From Phallusia mammillata (taxonomy: Eukaryota), in contig OZ281494.1 in assembly GCA_965637545.1 (NCBI GenBank), positions 24,304,001 through 24,368,000 on the forward strand: a stretch of 64,000 nucleotides of DNA, in the 5' to 3' direction. A program made the translations under genes and the position numbers. The notes below the pieces were generated by a model. The model was not told the origin of the DNA and made no database searches. It saw nothing but the letters and a program-made list of their open reading frames with translations. Of this stretch, positions 49,301 through 61,283 are shown in pieces. Each line of letters opens with the position of its first letter. Position 1 is the first letter of the stretch.

Positions 49301-52144
49301 TCAGGAAATGCAAACATGATTTACCTATAATAACAGTCAAGTTAGGGGCAATGTATGACATTCGTGATTCAACATAAGTCAGGATTCTGACTTTAGCTTT
49401 AAGAAGTTGTTCAGTCATGTCGCATGCTTCAAAGATTCGCATCAATTCTTCTTCAGACAAAACTTTTCCTTGTGTAGTTGAAGCTGTCACACTTACCACC
49501 ATAATTGTAGCATTTGATATCACCTAAAAAAGGTCCACATAAGAAACTTAAAAACAGCGATTGTTACTGAAACTACTGCAGAAATTTATCCTAAAAACCA
49601 GAAATTTATCCTAAAACTTCAAATTTGCAAACTCTGGTGATGAAAGGTTTGAACATGTTAGATAAGTCAGGGGTGACCAAACTTTTTTTAATTGGGGGCA
49701 ATTCTTATCAGGTGCAATGCCCGCAGGCCAACATTTGTTTGCAAAGTTTTTAATGGGACAATTATAGCACTGAATATACAGCATTAAAGGAAATTTTGGG
49801 ACTTTGCCATGTCAGTACCACGTATACTTTCTAGTGATGGGACGATACCAGGTTTTGAAGCGAGTACCGATACCGAGTTTCAGTACCACATGTATATACC
49901 TTCACTACCGAGTACGATTACTGAGTACTTAAGTGTAGTGTGGTACTTAGTTGTATATCATTGGCTAATTTATCTGTTATGGTCGGGGGTGCCCGACACA
50001 CATGTCGAGAAATGTAATCCCCATGTGATAGCAAAAAAGATATACGTAAACTGGCGGACCTTTTTCCCATTTTGTGCTGTCCGAAGCAAATATTGGCATA
50101 AAGTTGTATTCTTATGCTGTAAATCAGCCTTCGGTACTCGCACGTTGGTATCGAAAACTGAGACAAAATATTTTGATACCGAGGAACGACTAATACTTTC
50201 TTTTTACCAGTAAATAAAGTTCCATGGAACAGCTTTTGCTTGAAGTCGCCATAACCCAAAACTCGAATTCAAGTTATGGCTTCCCATGCACAACAAAAAT
50301 TGAAACAACAGTGATGGGCCACTTGAAATGCCATCATGGGCCGCATTTGGGCCTTGGGCTGCACTTTAAACACCCCTTTAGTTAAGTTTAATCATAGATA
50401 TTTTCTGTTTACAACCAACACATTGTATTTCACCTGCTGTAATGCTTCATTGTTCTTGTATTTTTCTAAATCATTTCCCAATTCCTTAATGGTCCTTATG
50501 TATTCCAGAGGGGTTGGAACCAATGAATCAAGTTCAGGAAAACGTTTTGAGTAATGATCTCTGCAAGCAATTCCAAATGATAGTTTTTTATTTTTTTGCC
50601 CATCGCGGTAAGGAAATATAACATACAAAAACACTGCCAGAATTGACTCATGTTACAACAACAACATAAACTTCCTTTAACCTGCAAAATTTGTGAATAA
50701 TGTTGATTTCATTGTCAATTTCCATCGTCAAGTTATTTGATTCCACTATAAGTTTGTATTCAGGGTCTGCCTCAACCATTCCAACCATTTGTTTATTAAT
50801 GTTTTTCATCTCATACTCGTCAATCCCATTCATTACTCTTGTGAACTGTTCGGTACTTATCAACCTGCCAAACACAAAAAAATCAAGTTAATTTCATAGC
50901 CAAACTGCCAAGCTTTTTATGCAATTTAACAGTATAGTCTGTATGATAGACATTATATCCAAGTGCATTTTTCTTGATTGTACATTTCCTTGTTTCAATC
51001 TACCGAGTCAATTAACCAGGTGCAATACCCAGATTTACATACATAGATTACAGTTAGGCAACTAAAAAACATGGTTATTCATGTATCTAAGTCAGGGGTT
51101 TCCAACCTTTTTGCGATCTCGTACCACTTAGATCAGTGGTTCTCAAACTGTGGTACGCGTACCACTAGTGATACGCCGGAACTTTTCAGGTGGTACACGA
51201 GTAGCGTTCTGTGATATACCTATTTCCGAAATTGAGCCTAATACCTAATTTAAGTCTGATTTAGAATAGCAACTCAACTGACAAAACCGATCACCCCTGG
51301 TTTAAACGAAACTATAGTTTGGGATATTCTTTTGAAATTGCTAAATATGCTATCCGGGGTGAGAAAATGGGCCTATTTCTTGGTCTATCAACTCGCACAG
51401 GGTTTTGGTGGTACGCAGCGATAGAAAAAGTTGTCAGGTGGTACGCGATCCATATAACATTGAGAACCACTGACTTAGACGCTCTGTACTGCCACGCGTA
51501 CCACTTCTTGCAGAACAACTAATTTGATCGAATCATTTTTTTTTTCGGAATAATAATATTGGCCTACTGAAATAACACTAAAGCACCACAACTAAACTTA
51601 ATGAGATTTTTGTTTACTGTCCATCAATTGGTCGAACAAAATATAAAGTTGTTTTTGTGAAAAAAAATCTATGTTTTTGTGAAAAAAAATGAAAGCTACT
51701 TGCGTACCATCTGAAAAACCTTCGCGTACCACTAGTGGCACGCGTACCACAAGTTGGGAACCCCTGATCTAAGCAGTGGTGGGATTCAAACTTTTTGCCA
51801 GCCGGTTCTATTACAAAAAGTCATATTTTTCAGTCGGTTCTGTTACAAAAGTCCATTGGCAGTAACCAGTAATGCTAACCGATACATTGATTTTCGTGAG
51901 AAAGTTCTATAGAAACGGTGCAAACCGGCTGAATCTAAGTACTGTTTATGATGGCAATTTTTTACCTGGCAACATTGCGAATTCCTTCAGGATCAATCCC
52001 TCCTTGACCAGTGTCCATCGCATCAATATCTTCAATTTCATCAATTCCTCCAATCCCATCTTCATCTTGCTCTTCCACAGTTGCTTCTTCCCCTTCAAGT
52101 CCTGCTTCTTCGAGATCAGCCAAAAGTTCATCAGCCAAAGACAT
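46348..52144 (-). CDS. PRPF31: U4/U6.U5 tri-snRNP protein Prp31, ~513 aa
   Basis: 10 phase-consistent exons: 52144-51966, 50864-50682, 50560-50434, 49523-49325, 48912-48769, 48497-48418, 48235-48113, 47860-47645, 47283-47118, 46472-46348. Motifs include [79 protein letters not shown] and [12 protein letters not shown]. Confidence 0.97.
49668..50378. mobile_element. Older hAT MITE in a PRPF31 intron, containing a TAGTGATGGG-ended element fragment from 49832
   Basis: Left end CAGGGGTGACCAAACTT, degenerate right end ACTTTAAACACCCCT, flanks AGATAAGT / AGTTAAGT. Internal GATACC/GTACC repeats follow TAGTGATGGGACGATACC. Confidence 0.6.
51093..51766. mobile_element. hAT MITE in PRPF31 intron 1 (outer)
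   Basis: TIR CAGGGGTTTCCAAC / GTTGGGAACCCCTG with CGCGTACCAC repeats. TSD ATCTAAGT / ATCTAAG, interrupted by the next element. Confidence 0.88.
51134..51472. mobile_element. hAT MITE nested in 51093-51766
   Basis: TIR CAGTGGTTCTCAA / TTGAGAACCACTG with TSD ACTTAGAT / ACTTAGAC. Confidence 0.9.
51774..51935. mobile_element. Second copy of the 6718-6895 MITE, right TIR truncated
   Basis: CAGTGGTGGGATTCAA..GCCGGTTCT..TACAAAAGTCCATTG.CAGTAACCAGTAATGCTAACC..CCGGCTGAATC is closely similar to 6718-6895. Confidence 0.9.
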
Positions 52145-52177
52145 ATCGAGTTTATGTGTAAATTTACTCTACTTGTT

Positions 52178-52214
52178 CTGAAACGTTGGCAAGTGTTTGT
52201 TTTTTTACTGAAAC
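52178..52214 (-). promoter_or_regulatory. Candidate SL trans-splice acceptor(s) of PRPF31 and overlapping variant poly(A) signal of RCL1
   Basis: The minus strand reads GTTTCAG|TAAAAAA (AG at 52209-52208, overlapping AGTAAA) and GTTTCAG|AACAAG (AG at 52179-52178), 33 nt before the PRPF31 ATG. Confidence 0.45.
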
Positions 52215-52465
52215 AATTGTAACAAACCCAACAGGAAGCTCATTTAGACATATACAACGAATTGTGGTGGATATTAAACAAAAAATGTGGAATAATGATA
52301 AAATGAAATATATATCCAAAAGCATTTTTTTTAAACTTAAATATACCAAGTTTTTATACCATTACTTAGAAACAAACCAATTTTGTCTACCTAACACAGA
52401 CTGAAAAATACGCAATCACTCATCTTATGACAGCATTGATAGACCATAAAAGCCAACATTTTCAA

Positions 52466-53587
52466 TTATCGTGTTGCCTTGTTTAAGTTAAAGAATCCAA
52501 AACCAACACATGTGAGCAACACTCGAGTATATTCCAATTTATCATCAAGCACATCCTCATCTGTTAATTTTGATTCCAGCTTAAAAACCACTTGAAAGAA
52601 ATCTTTTATGTGCCTTAGGAACTGAATGGAATAACTTGTCAAAGGTCCAAACATCACTTTTTGGACATCCTGTTCCCCAAGCGCCATAAACAATAAAGAC
52701 AGGTACTGACTGTTTGAATCCACACACCCTCCTTTGTAAATTTCTTCCAACAAAGAGTTTGCTGCGTTAACAGCAACATCCTCAGGAACAGATGGTTCTT
52801 CATCAGTATCTCCCCGTGGCACTGAACACGATTCGGCAGCAAGAAACTTTCCAGTTGTGGTTTCTCCATGCAGACATATACCAAAACCTGGGGATTTGGC
52901 TGGACCTTTTGACACATCAGTGTAAATGTATATATCAGGTATAAAATTGTTTAAAACTCCACGGGCAGAAGTCACAAGTCGATTTGCAAATTGTGGAGAT
53001 GTTTTTGTGGTGTAAGCCACACCACGGATCCTCTTTACTTTTCCAAGGTCAGTTATTTGTGCTGTACGAAGCTTTTTGATGACAGGACACTGAAACAAAA
53101 CTTCACCACCGCCGCCTGGAGCACTTCCTCGTTTCTTAACCTTTATTTCAAGGTCACCAACAACACCATACTGTCTCATTAAAGGCAGTGCAATATCTTT
53201 GTAGTAATCAACTGAAGGATCCCACTGGTCAGTGGTTATACCTTTAAGTGTGGCTTTTAAGGAAGTTTTACAAAACGGTGCAAGACACAGTAAAACTTCT
53301 AGGTAGTAACCAATTGACCTGTCATTGTTGCATTCATGTTCAAATTTACCTCCATGGAGGATTCCAGGCTGATAAAATAGAGTTGTTCCCGTGACACTAA
53401 TTGTCATTTTAGTTCCATTAGTTATTGTGTCCAATAATCGAAGTAGATTCCCTTCAAATTCATGAAGGCCTGGGTTTTCATCTTTATGCCGAATTTTCTT
53501 GATTCTCACACTTTTGCCACTGAGAGTTGATAATATGAGACGTTGTCTAAGATAGTTACAACCTTCATATTCTAAAACACCTGACAT
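52466..53587 (-). CDS. RCL1: RNA 3'-terminal phosphate cyclase-like protein Rcl1 (18S rRNA processing), 373 aa, intronless
   Basis: Single ORF with YEGCNYLRQRLILSTLSG, PGL..FE..LLRLLD.ITNG, RSIGYYLE..LAPF, KRG.APGGGGEV, IPDIYIYTD, SPGFG, LLEEIYKGGCVDS and CVGFGFFNLNK. Length matches the RCL1 family. Confidence 0.97.
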   Translation of the reverse strand: MSGVLEYEGCNYLRQRLILSTLSGKSVRIKKIRHKDENPGLHEFEGNLLRLLDTITNGTKMTISVTGTTLFYQPGILHGGKFEHECNNDRSIGYYLEVLLCLAPFCKTSLKATLKGITTDQWDPSVDYYKDIALPLMRQYGVVGDLEIKVKKRGSAPGGGGEVLFQCPVIKKLRTAQITDLGKVKRIRGVAYTTKTSPQFANRLVTSARGVLNNFIPDIYIYTDVSKGPAKSPGFGICLHGETTTGKFLAAESCSVPRGDTDEEPSVPEDVAVNAANSLLEEIYKGGCVDSNSQYLSLLFMALGEQDVQKVMFGPLTSYSIQFLRHIKDFFQVVFKLESKLTDEDVLDDKLEYTRVLLTCVGFGFFNLNKATR

Positions 53588-53739
53588 TTTGCTTTAAAAG
53601 TTCAAGAATAAAATTTAAATTACGTGGTAAAATCATAAGTATTAAGTATAAAAATAGTTCGTTTCGTTATTCTTACATAGTCTTTACTTTAAAGTAAAAT
53701 ACGTTTATTTAGTCAAAATTACCAATCTAAAATCAGTTT

Positions 53740-53925
53740 TGTCAGCGTAGTTCTCTATATTTGTCTACTTGGTCTAATGCGCGCTATTGCGGTACAGGAA
53801 GTAAGTAATAAAAACCAAAGATAAAAACAAGCTTCAAAACAAAATAGCAGAAAACGCAACATGTTCGTAAACTTCGTGTTGCTTGTGTACAGTAAAATAA
53901 CGTCATCAATAGTGGGACGCCAAGT
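53740..53925. promoter_or_regulatory. Probable RCL1(-PRPF31) promoter
   Basis: 150-340 bp upstream of the RCL1 ATG, carrying an ETS site ACAGGAAGT (~53794), a CRE-like AACGTCATCA (~53899) and CpG-containing motifs in otherwise very AT-rich DNA. Confidence 0.45.
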
Positions 53926-54675
53926 TTCTTTTCAACATTAGAAAACAAGAAATACCTAACATTTAATTCAATTCTTTTACTTGTTACGCATTAGAGAAAA
54001 GTACATGCTTTACGAAATGATAATTTTTTAGCTTCAAATATGCAAATTTGTAAATTTATTTTTAAGTGCAATGTAATGTAACTTTAATTACAATGTAACT
54101 GTCCATACACCGCTGACGTAAATTTAGTATCACAAATTCACAACATGCTCAAACTTACATAGAAATCTTACTTTTGTGTTTTACTTTTTACGTACACATT
54201 TGTGAAACCATTTAAGACCAAAAAAGGTTAATATAAATTTGATCAATGCAGAATTTGATTTGTATTTCTGCCCAAACAAATAAAATTTGACGAATTTTCA
54301 TTTTTAATGATAAACTACAAGATTAATTCCACTGTCAAAAAAATACATTGCACCAAAAAAATGAAACACAAGCTTTCAGTTTCTTTTATTTGTTTGTCTC
54401 AATAAAAAAAATGTGTACAATTCAGCACTTGTATGAGTATTACAAAAAGTTTTACACCCAAAATAAAAGTAACCGTGTTTTTATAGTGACTCGATACGAC
54501 ATAAATGTACAAGTGAATATTTGGAAATATAACGGGAAAATATAAACTAAAAACCTCTGTTAGTTCTACAGGAACCGGGCATTATTTTTTTGTATTTTTA
54601 AAAGCTTTGACAAGAAAATGTAAAGTAAAACATAATACAATTGGAGTCAAACAACAGCGGTAAAATAAGTTCTTA

Positions 54676-57600
54676 TTACAGGCGAACTCCCATCATAACA
54701 GCAAGCTCATTTCTTTGAATTACACCGTCTTTGTTGTTGTCACCGTGAGATATAAGCTTCTCTTTTACCTTCTCCAAATCTGCAGCTGTCAGTGGTCCCT
54801 TAGAAAATATGGAAATAATTTAGGCGATTAATGTGTAGGCTAATCATTATTGCAAAAATGATACAACAGAAAATAAGACAAATAAACGAGCAGCATACAC
54901 AAAATAATCGATAAACCCTAATAAAGCAACCAAAACCAAACATCTGGTGGGAGTGTTGTAAAACACTGTAAGTTTGGTCTCTGTAATCACGTTCGTTACC
55001 ACGTAAGTTTGGTCATTAACCTCAAAGACTAAGAAAACCATATGTTTTACGGTGATTGAATTCAATGTTGGTCCTGTCACTTAGTCAAGTACAAGTCCTA
55101 ACCATATTATGCTTTTGGGTTGGACTATAAAATGATTTAACATCATACGACTACGACCATGACATTAATAGAAGTGTTTCTAGCATTAAGTAAAAAAGTA
55201 ATATAAGACGCGACTCAGTGCAAGGTTACGGAACATGAGCTACGCATCATTTATTTAACATGCATTCAGCATCCCTGGCAAATTTCAATTATCTTTTGTT
55301 TTCTAGCTGGCCTACAGCATAGGTGCCCGACCCGTCGATCGCGATCGACTTGTCGATCTTAGGTCGATCGTGAAGGATGCAGAAAATAATTTGAAAAAAT
55401 GATTTTGTGACACGTTTTTGAGATGTTGCTGTAGGATGACTTTATTGTAAGCATTAATCATTAGGATATGTTGGTATGTTTACACCATATTCATTGCAAA
55501 GTTGGTGTAAATACAAAATCACCCTAAATTATGGTTCAGGCACTGCAGACAATTCAACTTAAACTCATGAAGATCTCCAGTCAAAAAAATCATGCTCGGT
55601 AAAGCAAGCCGTCATTCTCAGACTTCTCAAATGATTATTTTGCATTTCATGCCCCTTGTCCATAACTCTCTTACGTCACTGCTTTCCTTTCTAAAAACTT
55701 CCGGATTTGAACCGCTCACCCGAATAAGCTCCATCATGTCTTTCACGAATCCGTCCAATTCCGCTCCCTCTAGCGCCCCCGTCTGGCTCTGAGAGATACA
55801 GATGTGCCTTATCGTTAAGTAACATCAAATTTTGCCTTCAAATTTACAACAAGCAAGAGCTACTTAATATGGAAGAACTGTGTTTATTTTTTACACGACT
55901 AAAACCTAAAATTATTATGTTTACTAACTTAATTGAAATTTCTACTCATTAATATTATTATGTTAACCCATTGCTTTGTTAAATTTGGTAGCATTTTTGA
56001 AAGAAAAACTTATTTTCACAAAAGAAAAAAAAACGACAGGTACAATTTTAAAACGTTAAAAAACCTGGTCATAGTGACTGAAAATCTTTTCAAAATCTCT
56101 TCGTCGGGCGGCAATTGATCCATCCTTTTTATAAAACAACAACATAGGCTAATTAAAACATACAAAAACGCACAAAAAATCGGAGCTTCCGAATAGACAG
56201 ACCTGTATTTGAAATTGAAGAAGAAAGTTTTCGGAACAGTTGACGAGACGGGCCATGTCTTGTAAGTCGAGAAGTTTGTCCTCATTTCGGTCAAATAATT
56301 TCATCTAAACACGATAACGTGAATTACTCTTTATAACACCTTAAATACAAAAGCATGTTTTGTATGGACTACTGCAGCTGTAGGTTCAAGTCCCTTTACA
56401 AATATATTTTATAATGTGCTTTGCTGCATTAGATTTACACCACGGGGAAGAACGACTTTTGTAGTCCAAAGAGAGCACCCGCTTTATTCAGAAAAAGAAG
56501 CAAGTGCCCAAATCAAAAGTACATATGAAATTAAAAATATTTCTCTGTCAATCGCATAACCTTGAATTATGTAAAAACTTCAAACAAGCACCAACAACAA
56601 GGACCTAAATATTTATATTTAAACATCTAATATGCAACAGCATTTTTTAACATTTAAAACACCCTTCTTACAATGCTTTTTGCGTATTCTTTCAGTTTCT
56701 TGGACGAGACGTGCGCACCAGCAGCTGTGACGTAATCAGAAATGAAATTCTAAAGAACAACAAAAATCAATTTTTCTTTAAAAATATCTCGACAGCAACT
56801 TGCTACTGGGAATATCAGATCAAAAACAGGAAACAAATCCTCTTATCGGCAGATCTGACAGCCTCGCCCGTTTTGCTACTGAATAATTAATGCTAAAAAC
56901 ACAAGGTAATTTTATTCAATGGTTTTAGCAAACAACCCAGTAGCATAAAACGGCTGCAGTTTAACTTACATGGTACCCCTTGAGAGGAATTTTGTGACTA
57001 ATTTAATTTTAAAACTAATTGGTAAATTGCTTACATTTTTTACATAGGTTATAATGTCGGGTTTTAAATGAGTTGAGAAACTTAAAAGGTACGGAGTAAA
57101 TCAAGACAGCTGACAACCTGATGATCAGTATTGTGCAATTAGGCGTTACTTTATTCATCAAGCCTAAAATCAAACAGGAAAATATTGACTGTGGTTTATG
57201 TGGTTTTCCCTTTAGGCATACTGTTGTTTTGTATGATAAAAAAAAACAAATAAAATATTTCAGCCTATTTTAGTCCTTCTTGGAAAGCAAATCAATACAA
57301 GAAGATTATGTTTTGCTAATGAGGGAGATATATCGCATACTATAGTATGCGCCAATTTCGTCCACTAGTTGCGTTACGTTTTAACACAATCACAACGAAT
57401 ACACCCGTTTATGCGGCCCCATATACAGCCCCATATATTTACATATATGTAAATATGTGATTACTTGTAGTTCCTTTACGTCGATGAAGCCACTTCGATT
57501 TTTGTCATATTTTCTCCAAATCTAAACAGAAATTACCATTAAAACGTTTTGAAATGTAGATATAATGTAAAAACTAAAACCTAAATCAGTACAATAGAAA

Positions 57601-60600
57601 AAAATAACATGTTGTATGCTCTTGTTGGTTTATATTTTTGCAATTGTCGTAATTACGCTGGGTTACGCAATTACAGAATTACATAGCAGTGGAAAACCCG
57701 TTCGGTCGATGTGTCACTAGTTAATTTAACAACACCTTTCAAACAAGACTGACGTTTCCCGCCACGGGATAATTGAAAAATGACGGCAATATGCTATTTG
57801 CGGCACGTGGGACTGACCTGCAGATGTTACGAGGAAATTTACGACGGTTTTGGGAAGCATATAAACGGCAGTGAATGGCGCTTACATTTGCGCTTCCAGA
57901 CAAACAAATTCAAACAGTCAGCTAAATTCGGATTTCAATTTAAAGTCACACGTTGAAAGTTTAAACTTAACATCGCCCTACGATTCCTTCAAACATCCAC
58001 GAAAAAAATGTACAAGCATTGATGTTTGCCATTTACCGAACGTTAAGGATTAAAACAGCACTTGATACCTCCATAAAAGTAACGCTTGAATCAAGTGGGA
58101 TGGTTCTTCGGAAGAGAAGAAGAAACTCCTCATCTTCTGGAAGCAACATCTTTGCTATCTATCCAAAAAACGAAAAATATAAAGATTATCTAGTGAGGGG
58201 CATGAATTTGAATTCGACCGCTCGAAAAAATGCATATAAATTAGGAGTACTGTTGAAATTTTATGTGATCAGTGAACTATAAGACAGACATATTTATTTT
58301 TCGTATCAAATCCGTTTCTTAGGGCGTAACCACAAATTGTTGTGTTACAAAGAAACCACGTGCCTATTTACCTCGTTCATAGACATCCTACCATCTTTGC
58401 TTTTATCGTACGCAGACATAAAAGTTCTTTTGATGGAAGCGTGCTCTTCAGCTGTGGGCTCCTGAAATATTAATAAGTCAGGGTTAAATAGGACAAGATT
58501 TGAGATAAGACCTAAAACCTAAACACATGGCAGGCCTAAAAGCTGTAAAATTGTGAACAGTTTGAACAGATTTCAACGTATGTTGTTGGTTGGAAAATTT
58601 GATGGAAGCGGGGATTTTTTTGTAATTTTGTGGCAACATTTAGGCTGGAAATATTTGAATGCAGTGTACAAATGGTGTGATTATCGGCACAAGTCCAGCT
58701 TTTTCACCGTGTTTTACCTATCTACCTAATCACTACGAAAATGCTGATGTTTTTCATGCGGTGTGATATACCATATCAGATATCACAAAACAAGCTGACT
58801 TTATTTCAGCCAAGTAAACCTAAAGCGTCATTATCTTGGTTATCCAACGAGCATGGAGTATCGAAATGGGCAAAATACATTGGGTTAGAGTTTTACGTAA
58901 GACCTAATCGCTCAAATTCAAAACCCAGCCTTAAATATTTTTTTAAAATACTAAGCCGCATTTAAGATTCCATATAGGTCAAATCTGTTAGCTTTACCAG
59001 AAATGTTCACGTGATCAACTATTGAACAAAGAGTTTGCATCAGGCATGTATAAAATAGACACGAAAAGTGACTTATCCGCACCAAACATAAAGGAGCTTC
59101 TAGGAATTTAGGGAAACCATAACCAAAACGGTACGTCTCACAAACATGTTTTTGTTGTGGTATAATCAAGTAAAATAACAAAAAGACAAATTGACGACAG
59201 TGGCATGAAATCAATAAATTGATGAAATCTAAATCGATAAGTAGCTTCTCCGTGAAATAACAGGGCAAAGGTTGAAAATACACCTTTTCCGTCATAATCA
59301 ATATCACGGTTTCAATGGTTGTCGACGATAATGAAAGCCTTTGGAACACTATTATGCTTGTTGCACGAATAATTAGGTGTTAGTTTGTATTTTATTTAAT
59401 TGTTGTTTTTTCCTATGACCTAAACTTGGTAACAAATTATATAGGCTAATTGTCATTTTTAGCTTATAACTAGTAATGTACCGAATCTACCTGAAAAGGT
59501 TCGAGCCGAAACCGAGTTAATTCATGATGTTTCATATTGGCAATATTGGAAGTTTTTATACAATCAAAAAGTTCAGTATCTGCTAATTTTCAAAAAAGTT
59601 TGGCGAAACTGAAACATTGCAAACGGCATATTCCGCCAAAAAGTTTCGGCCAACCCAAAAAAGTTTTACATTTCTTGCATACCGTTACATTGTGTTCAGG
59701 AAACCCCCGACTACACCAAGATCACGCTGCAGTCAATGACCAACAACGCTTACTTACAGTTTACGCGGCAAGTAATCGGGCTTTTTACAAATAATTACGC
59801 TATACGTAGTACATTTTAATTAATGTTTTGGGGATGTTAGGTAAGTTAAGAGACACTATGACATCGTCTTTTTGTCAGTTTCCTCGTCCTAATTTGGATT
59901 CAATTATAGGAAATGGTCGTTAAAATTGAATGGTGTTTTGTAACCTAATTACCGGGAACTTTCCGTGACCGTTTGTTGCGACATCATAGTTGCGAAAGTA
60001 CACTATATTTAATACATGCATGAAATTTGTGCTTGTGACAATACTGGACTGTGTCGTGCGTTTTACAAGTCAGAGCCAAAACGTGTGGTTACAGCAACTG
60101 GAATCAAAAAGGTTTACTGTTTCCTACGAAAAAGGGAAGTCGGAAGTGTTACCTTTTTCAGAAGTCGTTTTGATAGTTCGTAAAAGAATGCATTAAGTTC
60201 ATTCCCATCAATGTAACCGTTGTCTGAAAAAAGAAGTTATAGTTTAGGCCTTTATTTCAAAACAGCATAACTTACTCCTGAAGCAAATGACCAAAACAGG
60301 TAAAGTTGACCACACAATGTGTCATGTCAATGACATAATACATCTAGCTTGCACCACCAGAACTCGTGACAAACAAAACGTCATTACGCCAATTGCTGGT
60401 AAATTTTACTTGATGGTCCTTATTCCAAAAACTCAAAAAAGTTGCCAGAGAATTTTTGTCGGTTTCACCAAATGTCATACTGTATTATTACAGGTTGACT
60501 TGAACATCATCGTCAACAAACTGTTGGGTAAATCTCAGACCTTAATGTGCATGCGTCCCATTTAAACGCTGGCTATGCAAACCCAAGAAGTCAGGAAATT

Positions 60601-61283
60601 ATATGATTTGCACAATCAGCAACATTTTGCACATTTTTGTCGTTGACAGTTTGTGGGAAGTCTTTTTTTGATTGACGTGCGTGTGGTGCTAAGTTCCGTT
60701 TCAGTTAATCATCATTTTGTGATTGATTATAAAAAACACATGCTTGCGCATGGGTATATACGCGTCGTACTCAATTGAACAATGCATGGGGTAACGAAAA
60801 TTGAAGCTAAACGTATAAATTTTTCCTAAAAACAAAATTGCCATCGAAAAAGCCTAAATGTAGCCGTTGGCCTTTCTGTTCTCATTTTTAAACGCGCTGT
60901 TTTGGCTTGTTAAGAGTTGCTTCACCGATGATGTCAAACGTTTGGCTAAACATGTGATTTAAACAATAGGCGTACGTTTTAGGCTACTTCAATAATAAAT
61001 CGTTTCATAGTAAAGTTATAATGCTCTACGTATGTATGTTTACGTTGACCTTTATTTACGTTGTGACTTAATGTCTACATCAGTTTTACGTAGACTACTT
61101 GATGTTCAAACTTTTGTACTCATATTACTGCCTAAATGTGATAAATTTTTGTGATGTCTATTCTTCGGGCAATATTAAGTTAGAATATAACAAGTACTCA
61201 CCATTAATGTCAAACTCTTTCCAAATATCAGCAAATTGTGTTGCTTTCAAGGCAGGCAAAACCAAACCTCCTGGCATGGTCAT
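54676..61283 (-). CDS. SCGN: Secretagogin (hexa-EF-hand Ca2+ sensor), ~273 aa
   Basis: 10 phase-consistent exons: 61283-61202, 60223-60153, 58461-58372, 58158-58069, 57521-57465, 56749-56672, 56304-56203, 56124-56065, 55788-55720, 54798-54676. SCGN-diagnostic motifs: [44 protein letters not shown] and [18 protein letters not shown]. Confidence 0.93.
55315..55370. mobile_element. Degenerate hAT MITE end in the last SCGN intron
   Basis: The palindrome GTCGATCGCGATCGAC with further GTCGATC repeats resembles hAT MITE subterminal sequence. No partner end or TSD was found. Confidence 0.45.

Noticed and set aside
46473-51965. Intronic snoRNAs in PRPF31
   Set aside because: No convincing paired C/D boxes with a terminal stem, nor H/ACA structure, seen by eye. 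A cmscan search would be needed to exclude them.
53588-54675. SCGN as the first cistron of the RCL1-PRPF31 operon
   Set aside because: SCGN has its own AATAAA signals (minus strand, ~54385 and ~54055), and promoter-like motifs lie between it and RCL1.
59485-59525. Hammerhead-like CTGAAAA-GGTTCGAGCC-GAAAC, also a tRNA T-loop-like GGTTCGA
   Set aside because: The core deviates from CTGANGA, helix I is not formed next to the core, and there is no cloverleaf.
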